Shown here: positions 44,902 to 53,461 of the stretch, in pieces
Numbering within the stretch: position 1 is the first letter of the stretch
Layout: each line of letters begins with the position of its first letter
From: Candidatus Bathyarchaeota archaeon
GTDB lineage: Archaea; Thermoproteota; Bathyarchaeia; Bathyarchaeales; Bathycorpusculaceae
Direction: 5' to 3'
NCBI GenBank assembly: GCA_963777155.1
Contig: CAVZPM010000037.1
Span: 1-64,000 of the forward strand
DNA length: 64,000 bases
Notes under the pieces: generated by a model
Database searches by the model: none
What the model was told of the DNA's origin: nothing
What the model saw: only the letters and a program-made list of their open reading frames with translations
Program-made: the position numbers and the translations under genes

Positions 44902-45246
44902 TCACAGCAATGCCGAAACAGGAGACAGTGCAGATTCAGCAATCACGGTCGTGGGTAACCTGCCAATTCCATAGCCGCCGCGTCCCCAGCATCCACCCCA
45001 TCCACCGTATTGTTGTGGATTGGTGTAGCTTGGCGTGTAGAGCGTTGGCGTTTGCGTGTTAGTTTGAGTGATGGGAGCTAAGATTTGTGGCGCACTGTAC
45101 TGAGGCGTACCTGGTGCGTTTCCGACTACCTGTGGAATGTATGGTGTTTGGGCACCCCATCCAAAGGCTAATGCCGTTGCCACTGTTGCGCCCACGGTTA
45201 TGAGTGCTAAAGCCAATATTGCTCCAACTATTTTCAAAGTTTTCAT
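44902..45246 (-). pseudogene. Secreted Gly/Tyr-rich protein, apparently 3'-truncated
   Basis: GGAGG RBS, MKTLK signal peptide, GGWGGCWGRGGYG then abrupt change of composition. Confidence 0.5.
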
Positions 45247-45310
45247 TTTTTTATTTTTTCCTCCATTTTTTCTTGTTAATATTATACTATTCGAATGATA
45301 TGATAGTTCG

Positions 45311-45355
45311 GTGAAACAGACGTGAAACAGTTTTGAAACGGTTTTTGGAACATGG
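45311..45355. promoter_or_regulatory. Phased 11-bp direct repeats (G/T)TGAAAC
   Basis: gtgaaacagac gtgaaacagtt ttgaaacggtt t ttggaacatgg. Confidence 0.6.
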
Positions 45356-45607
45356 TTTACGCCATATTCAACGTTGATTTCAGCCAAACAAGCACATAAT
45401 TGCATATATTATAATATTCTAATGTTGCTTATAGGCATTGTGGACCGAGACAAGAAAAACAAGAAAACTCAACCGACTGGAAATTCAAACACATGAAAGA
45501 AAACAAAACGGGTTTTATGGGCACTTACCAGAAGCGACTCACATACCAATGCCCATGCCACTGCGGAAATTCGGGCATAAAGATGTCTGACCGATAGATT
45601 CGCGCCC

Positions 45608-46959
45608 TTAAATTGGTTGCCCTAATCCCAAAGCAATAAATTTCATTTTCTTTCCGAAGACTTGAGGGTCATAAATTCTTCTGCCATCAATGAGAACTGG
45701 CTGCTTCATGTTTTTGATGAAGTTTTGCGGTGTTAGCGTTTTGAATTCGGGCCATTCTGTGACGACTATGCAGCAGTCCGCTTCTTTAAGGCAATCAATA
45801 GTTGAGCTGGCGTATTGGATTTTGTCTTTGAATATGGTTTGAGCAGTTGGCATCGCTACTGGATCGTATGCTGTAACGTTTGCCCCTTCCTTAAGGAGCT
45901 GATTTATGATAGGGATGACTCGGGCTTCTCTCATGTCATCAGTGTCTGGTTTGAAAGCCAAACCCAATATCGCAATTCTCTTTCCTTCAAGAGCAGCCCA
46001 GTTGCTGCTTGCAAAATTTAACTGCTTTTAGGGGCTGCTTTTTATTCACAGCCTCAGTGGCATCCAAGAGCTCAGGGGTGTATCCGAAGGCTTTGGAGCA
46101 GGCAATCAACGCTTTTACGTCTTTAGGGAAACAGGAGCCTCCGTAACCTAAACCTGCATCAAGAAAAAGCGAGCCAATCCGCCTGTCAAGTCCCATGGCG
46201 GCTGCAACGACTTTGACGTCGGCTCCGGGGATTTTTTCACAAATGTTGGCAATGGTGTTTATGAAGCTGATTTTGGTTGCAAGCATGGCGTTGCTAGCGT
46301 ACTTTATGAGTTCCGCCGTAGACAATGTTGTTCTGATAATCGGTGGAACATGCCCAATATAGAAATCCCTGTAGAGGTCTTCTACCTTATCGCCTGATTG
46401 CTTATCAAATGAACCCACAACCACCCGGTCAGCATTAACGGTATCCTGGAAAGCGGAGCCTTGCCGCAGAAACTCTGGGTTCATACAGAGCCCAAAATCG
46501 ACACCGCATTTCTTCCTTGATTCTCGTCTCAAGTACAGGTTTAACAACGTCCTGGGTTGTTCCCGGCACAACCGTGCTCTTAATTATTGTAACGTGATAG
46601 GTGTCTTTTTGTTTAAGCGCCTTGCCAATGTTGCTCGCGGCGGATTCAATGTATTGAAGGTCGATGCTGCCGTCTGGCCTGCTAGGAGTACCCACGGCAA
46701 CAAAAGTCAAATCCGTCTCCCCAACTACACGGTCAGTTTGACCAACCACACCTTTGAGATTGCCTTTCGCAAGGCTTTCGGAAAGTTTTTCCTGCAAACC
46801 TGGCTCATGGAAAGGAGGAATGCCCTGATTGATTTTTTCTATCTTGGCTTCATCAACATCGCAGGCTAAAACATTGTAGCCTTTGCTTGCAAAACCCACA
46901 GCGGTGCATAAACCAACATACCCCGTGCCTATGACAGATATTTTAGGTTGTTTCTTCAA
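45608..46959 (-). CDS. ugd: UDP-glucose/GDP-mannose dehydrogenase (two frameshifts)
   Basis: IGTGYVGL, VGTP, KSTV, NPEFLRQG, GYGGSCFPKD, GLAFKPDTDDMRE, DGRR. Confidence 0.93.
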
Positions 46960-47127
46960 AGCCAAACCCGCACTCAAACGATAATTTGGATTAGTTATAA
47001 TATTAAATAAAACTATCTTTTCCCAAGAGTCTTCCGCGTTTGTTTGCATTATAGAGAATTTATCTGTCAGCTTTGAACAGAAAAGGTCATTCATATTTGC
47101 ACCTAAAAAAAGGCAACCACAAACTAT

Positions 47128-47160
47128 TAGTCTATCACTAATAAAACTAGTTATAGACTA
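47128..47160. promoter_or_regulatory. Inverted-repeat operator TAGTCTATCACTA-N7-TAGTTATAGACTA
   Basis: 12/13 arm match, ends 3 bp before the ABC ATPase start. Confidence 0.7.
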
Positions 47161-47163
47161 CTT

Positions 47164-48160
47164 ATGTCAGACATTATTTCTGTGAAAAACCTCGTTGAAG
47201 TTTACTCTGATGGCAACAAAGCCGTTGATGACATATCCTTTAGCGTGAAGGAGGGCGGTTTTTTCGGTTTTTTGGGACCAAACGGCGCAGGAAAAAGCAC
47301 CACCATCAAGATTTTGACTACGCTTCTTCGGAAAACCTCAGGGTCAGTTACAGTCGGAGGGCATGATGTTGCTAGTGGAGCCTCTGAAATACGCAAAATA
47401 ATCGGTGTCCAAAGCCAAGAAACAACCGTTGACGGCGATCTAACGGGCAGAGAAAACCTTTTTCTGCAGGGTCATTTCCAACAAATGGAAAGCGTTAGAC
47501 TCAAGAGAAGTGTAAATGAGCTTTTGCAGCTTGTAGGTCTCGAATCAGCCGCTGATAAACGGGCAAAAAATTATTCGGGCGGAATGAAAAAACGGTTAGA
47601 TTTGGCATCAGCACTTGTTCATGAACCAAAAATACTTTTCTTAGATGAACCAACGACGGGTCTTAGATCCGCAGTCTCGAACTGCCATATGGAGTTATTT
47701 GCAAAAACTAAACAAAGAAGAAGGCAAGACAATATTTCTTACTACACAGTATTTGGAAGAAGCAGATAAATTATGCGACACTTTAGCGATTATTGATTTC
47801 GGCAAAATAGTGGCTAATGGATCACCCCAAGAGCTAAAACGGCAAGTCGGAGCTGATTCTATAAGAATTGGGTTAGAAAACTGCGAACGCGACCGAGGCA
47901 ACGCAAAAAGTCTCATAAAAAGTATGGTTGGCGTTAAAGAAATTCTGGATTCTGAGGAATGCATCAATGTCTATGCTGAAAACGCTTCGTCATTAATTGC
48001 TGATATTGTTCGTGCCTTAGACAGCACTGACATAAGGCTTACTTCTGTTACTTTCTCTCAACCATCATTAGACGACGTATTTGTGAAACAAACAGGCAGA
48101 ACAATACGGTCAGAGGCACTTGTTAAAGCCCCAAGCGCCATGTTTGGCCAGCGGAGTTAA
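47164..48160 (+). CDS. ABC-2 exporter ATP-binding subunit (DrrA-like), frameshift ~47665
   Basis: GPNGAGKST, YSGGMKKRL, LDEPT.GLDP, PSLDDVF. Confidence 0.92.
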
Positions 48161-48166
48161 ACAAAA

Positions 48167-48943
48167 ATGACTTTGCTTTCAGACACTGGATTCATATTTG
48201 TAAGATACCTGAAAAAACTTGTTCGTAATCCTATTCTTCTGTTCTTTTCCCTTGTCCAACCCATAATCTTCTTGCTACTCTTCACACAATTATTAACGAA
48301 GACTTTCTAATTTTCCAGGGATACTACCACCTGGCGTAAGTTATCTACAATTTGCAACAGCAGGTATTCTTCTACAAAATGCATTCGGTAGTGCTCTTGC
48401 AGTCAGGAAACTCGATTGTGGCTGATATAGACTCAGGGTTCCTACAGAAAATGCTTGTTACACCGGTGAGACGATCTGCTATTTTACTGGGTCGGTTAAC
48501 AAGTGACGCTTTTAGGGTAGCAGTCCAATCGGCTATTATTCTGGGTTTAGCTTATGCCTTGGGAGCCTATGTTACCACCGGAATCATTGGAATTCTGCTG
48601 ATCTTCTTTACAATTGCTTTCTTTGGGCTGGCATGGTCTGGAATTTCATTAGCGTATAGGTATGAAAACAAGAAGTTCCGAGACAGTATTTGCAATAGGC
48701 GGATTCCTCACATTCCCACTACTATTCTTAAGCTCAGCTTTGTTTCCAACTAGTTTTCTGCCGACTTGGGTACAAGATGTGTCGAATTTTAACCCGATAA
48801 GCTACGCAGTGAATGCTATACGAGCTTTCATGATTAATGGTTATGACTGGGGCACGATACTTCCTGCTTGGGGTGTAATCGCGTTAGTTGCCGTTGTGAC
48901 TTTAAGCGCTACATTGTACCAATTCCGAAAAGTAGTTAGCTAA
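48167..48943 (+). CDS. ABC-2 permease (DrrB-like), frameshifted
   Basis: LVQPII, G.LQKMLVTPV.R, PLLFLSS, NPISYAV. Confidence 0.88.
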
Positions 48944-48968
48944 AGACAAAGGCGGACATCAATAGCAT

Positions 48969-48993
48969 TGGTACAATAGTGGGATTCGAACCC
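48969..48993 (-). other. tRNA 3'-end fragment (T-arm plus CCA), possible att remnant
   Basis: Minus strand GGGTTCGAATCCCACTATTGTACCA; no 5' half. Confidence 0.5.
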
Positions 48994-49246
48994 TCGCAAA
49001 GTGGAGATATCACCCGCGATTCCCTTTTTTCTATGAAGATTTTACATTTACTCTCTTATTCTATTCAGTTCCAGAGCCTCAGCAAACCCCTACGGGATTG
49101 AGTGTGACACAGGAATTGATGAATAAGGTTTGAGACGAATCCTATGACTCTTTTTTTATATTAGTTTAGTTGGATCCTTATCGGGCTCGAGGATTCACTC
49201 GTAAAGCCCCTTTTCTTTGAGCATATTTTGCTTAAGGTGAAAACGG

Positions 49247-49402
49247 ATGGAATCCGAAATCGTAAATTGGCCACATTTCGGCAAAATTACCTCAAAAACG
49301 AAACAGAACGTCCAAGAATAACGTACCCCTGAGGGCGACAAGCGCAAGGGGAAAAGCCAGAGCTGCTTCTGCTACAAATGCGGCTGCACGTTTTCAGAAT
49401 GA
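49247..49402 (+). pseudogene. Degenerate zinc-ribbon micro-protein
   Basis: GGTGA RBS; MESEIVNWPHFGK...*...CFCYKCGCTFSE. Confidence 0.35.
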
Positions 49403-49440
49403 CTAGCAAAACATAGCTGACTAATCGAGTTTTCCGATTG

Positions 49441-49662
49441 TTATTTTCCCATAACTTTTCTAGCGGCAATTTCAATGTCTTTCGCTTTAATGGTTTTTCT
49501 TCCAGAGTGCATAGAATAATCAAGTGCCTCTTTAGCAATTTTAGTGCCAATCTCATCCAGAACTCTTTCAAGTTCCTTCGCTGCTGCTTCACTTACCCTC
49601 TCAGCTCCAGCTTTCTTACATAATCTATGCATTGGAGCCACAGCTATTTCTAATTCGTTCAT
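49441..49662 (-). CDS. Archaeal histone (HMf-type)
   Basis: IAVAPMHRLCKKAGAERVSE.A...HSGRKTIKAKDI. Confidence 0.95.
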   Translation of the reverse strand: MNELEIAVAPMHRLCKKAGAERVSEAAAKELERVLDEIGTKIAKEALDYSMHSGRKTIKAKDIEIAARKVMGK

Positions 49663-49787
49663 ATAGACTTACTTCACAGCCTCTTTCTATTTTTAAGGCA
49701 ATATTAAGCTTTGTTATCTTTTTCCGCCAATCTTTAGCAAATTATAAATACAAATTACTGCATACATTAAATCCCGAGGTTATTTCA

Positions 49788-49844
49788 ATGGCGAAGAAAC
49801 CAGCTAAAAAAGAAGTAAAAAAAGCCCCAGCAAAGAAAAAGTAA
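49788..49844 (+). CDS. 18-aa Lys/Ala/Pro-rich peptide MAKKPAKKEVKKAPAKKK
   Basis: TTATAAATA box at 49742, GAGGT RBS, T-rich terminator at ~49875. Confidence 0.7.
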   Translation: MAKKPAKKEVKKAPAKKK

Positions 49845-50047
49845 ACCCTCGGGATAGGAATGTTTACCTCACTATTTTTTCTTTTTGTCAATGCACAACT
49901 TAAAGAATTGTTATGGTTTAGGGCATATGGTAAGTGTGCAAAGAAAGTTCAGGTTTGATGTTGCACTAGTTTTCAGACGCACTCAACGTGAGCGCACTAT
50001 TCTCATAGCGGAATAATGTTTTTCTTCCTGACTATTAGAATGTTGAA

Positions 50048-50341
50048 TTGCTATCCATGTTGTCTGAAGATACGAAATTAAGAGACTTGCGAGAGAGAAT
50101 TAGAGACGTTACCATAAACGAAAGAAACGGTTTACTGATAATCATTATGGGCGTGTTTCTCTTTTGTTTAGGTTTAGTTTTCATTGCTATGGTGAACAAC
50201 AGCCTCGTATCTGTTGGAGGAATCTTCAGTTCAGCACTAGGCATTTTTTCGACTTTGTTTGGATTCTATGTGGTAGTGCATTATGCTCATCAATACAACA
50301 ACCTGCAAAAAGAATTGGAGCTTGCGCTATCAGGGTTCTAA
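50048..50341 (+). CDS. Small 2-TM protein
   Basis: ORF track; hydrophobic helices. Confidence 0.65.
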   Translation: MLSMLSEDTKLRDLRERIRDVTINERNGLLIIIMGVFLFCLGLVFIAMVNNSLVSVGGIFSSALGIFSTLFGFYVVVHYAHQYNNLQKELELALSGF

Positions 50342-50557
50342 ATAGAACGATGGGATTTAAACTTGGGACAAGTAGCGAAGTCTCCCGCACAACCCCATTT
50401 TTGCCATTCAACTAGTCTGTTCCAAAAATTTCTAAAGAGATAAAATTTACAATGCCTCTTTGATTTTAGCTTCAACAGTTAAATTTATCCAGAGTCTACT
50501 CAGCTCTGGTCTTAAACATAAATTGAAACTAAAAAAAGGGAGGGAGGTTGTTTTTTT

Positions 50558-53182
50558 TTATGGTCGTTTACGCATCATCATCAATGCCAGTATAGCGCCT
50601 ACCACGATTATTACAATGAATAGGCCAACTGAAACTGGGATGAAGTACATATCGGCTACTGATTGTTGTTGTGTTGTGGGTTCAGCCGTTGGATTTGCCT
50701 GGATGTCGAAGGCTACGGATGTTTGAGCTGATGAGCTATAGTAAGAATTTGATCCACCGAAGGATGCTGTTACTGTATATGTTCCTGGTACGTCGGGTGT
50801 GAAGGTGTATGAGTATTGTCCGTTGGCGTCGGTTGTGGTTGTTCCTATGACAAAGTAGTTGTTGTTGGGGTCAATGTATGAGAGTGTAACTGGAACACCT
50901 GTGGCGTTTGTTGGTTTAGGTGACTGCATGTAGAGGTATTCCATCCATCTGGCCATTGAATCGTCAGAGACTGCTGGTGTGCCTGCCGCAGGGATGCCAA
51001 GACAGGTTTGACCCGGAGACTGGTCTGTGACTGTTCCTGTGATCATGATCTTTGCGTTGTTGTTAATGACTGGCGCTGTCGCGACTGTTGTTGCGGTCTG
51101 TCCTCTGCCGTAGCAGTAGATTGAGTTGTCGTAGCCGTTAAAGGATAGCATGTAACCGTAGACGACCGGTAGACTTGAGCCGCTGGCAAAGTTGAGTATG
51201 TCCCAAACTTTTTCGCCTGTTGTTGCGTTAAGAGCATAGATTTTTGCACCGCTGAATAATGGTGGGCCATAGTCGTGTCCTGTTTCAACGTAGATCATAC
51301 CATCAGCTACTGAAGCTTCATAGTTGCCGATGATCCAGAGTGGGTTTACTCCGTATGGTGTGTCTGGTGTTTCGCCCGTACTCCAGTTCCAGATCTTCGT
51401 GCCTGTTGTCATGTCGAAGCAATAGACTTCTCCGCCGAAAGTCCATGTATAGAGTTTTCCGTAAGCACAGACTGCGCTGGTTTGGTCGTAATAGGCTAAG
51501 GGGTTCTTCATGGCTTCGGTTGGACCCCATACTTTGTCTCCAGTTGCTACACTGAATCCATCGAAAGTGAATGTTTCTTTTGTGTATCTTGCAAATGTGC
51601 CATTTGATGCGCCTGGCATTACCATTGTTGCTGCGAAAGGCGTGTTTGTAATGTTCTTAATCCATGATTGCTGACCATTATCCATGTCAACAGCGACATG
51701 CATTACCCATCCTGGGTTCCACCCATAAGATGCATACATTCCGGTACTGGTAGTCAATATGATCGTGTTAGTATCTGGATCCCAAACAGCGTGACCTGCA
51801 CCATCAAGTATCCAGTTGGGAATCGCATCGCCAGTTGACGTCTGGTTTGGAAGGATCGTTGACCACATTATACCGTCGTTGTATGGGTAGTTGCCGTTCT
51901 GTTGCCAGTTAAAGAATTGACTATTAGCTTTGTTTGTGCATTGGCTTGAATTCCATAAGTTCAGATATTGCCTACTCTTTCCACCGAAAGTAGCAGTGCT
52001 TAGATATAATTGCAGTAAACTACCGTCTTTTCCCATGAATTCCTGTCTTCCAAATGATCCACTGCCGCCGCCTCCCTGTATGCTGTAACAGTAGTTGCCT
52101 GTGGCTGCATCAAAAACGTCAAGGTATGTTACTCCAGATGTAGTTCTGGTTGCCCAGAGGTATGCTTGTCCACCGTAAGTGTTGTATGTCTTGTATATGT
52201 AAATCTGTCCGCAGAGTAGTATATCCTGTGAACCGTTCGAGAAGTAGTTGTTATAATTCTTTGTCCAAAGAGATTTGCCTGTTCTAAGATCGACAGCTGT
52301 GAAACCCTGATCCAACGAGTTGAAGTTTGGCTTTAGATTGTAGTAGAGTATTCCATTCATTATGATTGGTGCGAATTTAGGTTGATACTGAAAGCCTGAG
52401 TAATAGTTAGTTTCCGCGTTTCCTATGCCACCAAATTCGCCGCCTAGCTGACCACCGACATTAGATCCTGGAACGACAGTATCCTTCCAGATGATGTGTG
52501 GAGCTAAGACTGCTTTGGTGTATGGGTTGAAACAACCTGCAAAGGTATAGCCGCCTGTGTTTGCAAATTCAACATCACCAAGTCCCCACCAGTTGCCAGA
52601 GAATTCAGTCCACCAGTGGTTGAAGGCTTGTACGGGGTGTTGCCAATAGTCTGCTGGAAGCGGATTTTCCGGAATTGTAGTGTAGGGTTCATTCACAACA
52701 GTGAAAGTTATGATAGAACTTTCAGATGCTCCGTAGACGTCGCCAATAGAAGGACTAGTGCTGCTGTTGAAGCCGGGGTTTCCTTGAGCACCAGTCATGA
52801 CTTCACCTGGGAATTTCATTTGAGCAGTGTATGTGCCTAATATGCTAGGGGTATATACGGCTGTGTAGCCTCCTGCGTCGTCTGACTTAAATGGTCCTAA
52901 GGTTTCTTTGCTGCCATCGGGCTTAACAATTTCAATTTTCATGTCGATCCATCGGTCACCTAAGACGCCGTTTGCTGTTGGCGGTGGTTTATCAATCCAC
53001 ATTACCATCAAGGCGTTTTGGCCGATACCAACTGTGTCTGGGACTACTTGGAGGTAAGCCCAAGTTGGGATTGTGGTTCCTGGGAATAGAGCTGAGTTCG
53101 AGGGGGATATAGTTGTTGCCGCAATTGAGAATATCAATAGCGTCGTAATTGCAGCGAGAGTTTTTTTAACAATTTTATGCAT
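50558..53182 (-). CDS. PQQ-like beta-propeller surface protein, paralogue 4
   Basis: GGAGAAG RBS before MHKIV; GHDYGPPLF; TM+RKRP. Confidence 0.88.
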   Translation of the reverse strand: MHKIVKKTLAAITTLLIFSIAATTISPSNSALFPGTTIPTWAYLQVVPDTVGIGQNALMVMWIDKPPPTANGVLGDRWIDMKIEIVKPDGSKETLGPFKSDDAGGYTAVYTPSILGTYTAQMKFPGEVMTGAQGNPGFNSSTSPSIGDVYGASESSIITFTVVNEPYTTIPENPLPADYWQHPVQAFNHWWTEFSGNWWGLGDVEFANTGGYTFAGCFNPYTKAVLAPHIIWKDTVVPGSNVGGQLGGEFGGIGNAETNYYSGFQYQPKFAPIIMNGILYYNLKPNFNSLDQGFTAVDLRTGKSLWTKNYNNYFSNGSQDILLCGQIYIYKTYNTYGGQAYLWATRTTSGVTYLDVFDAATGNYCYSIQGGGGSGSFGRQEFMGKDGSLLQLYLSTATFGGKSRQYLNLWNSSQCTNKANSQFFNWQQNGNYPYNDGIMWSTILPNQTSTGDAIPNWILDGAGHAVWDPDTNTIILTTSTGMYASYGWNPGWVMHVAVDMDNGQQSWIKNITNTPFAATMVMPGASNGTFARYTKETFTFDGFSVATGDKVWGPTEAMKNPLAYYDQTSAVCAYGKLYTWTFGGEVYCFDMTTGTKIWNWSTGETPDTPYGVNPLWIIGNYEASVADGMIYVETGHDYGPPLFSGAKIYALNATTGEKVWDILNFASGSSLPVVYGYMLSFNGYDNSIYCYGRGQTATTVATAPVINNNAKIMITGTVTDQSPGQTCLGIPAAGTPAVSDDSMARWMEYLYMQSPKPTNATGVPVTLSYIDPNNNYFVIGTTTTDANGQYSYTFTPDVPGTYTVTASFGGSNSYYSSSAQTSVAFDIQANPTAEPTTQQQSVADMYFIPVSVGLFIVIIVVGAILALMMMRKRP

Positions 53183-53461
53183 TTTTTCTTCTCCTTTGTT
53201 TATTTGGCAAAAATAGCGCTGGCTACTGTTTGCCAACGCTTAAACGGTATCTAATGTTTTATTATAAATAACTTGCTAGAATCGTCAACCAACGTTAGGG
53301 GTAGATTAACCCGATGTTCGGGCTAGGAAAAATCTAAAACCTCTTCGATCGCAGCTTCAATCGCGTAATTTTTAACCGGAGCGTACTCAGCTCATTTTTT
53401 TCTCTAATGTTTGTTAAGGACTAAAAAAAGGGGAAAGATAGTTTTTATGGCTGTAGAGTTT

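Noticed and set aside
1-48943. Numerous frameshifted genes as programmed frameshifting, phase variation or mass pseudogenisation
   Set aside because: Single-base shifts hit unrelated, otherwise intact genes with no shared slippery motif; long-read indel error is the simplest explanation.
49110-49140. TGATGA as a C/D box sRNA
   Set aside because: No well-placed CTGA D box or terminal stem.
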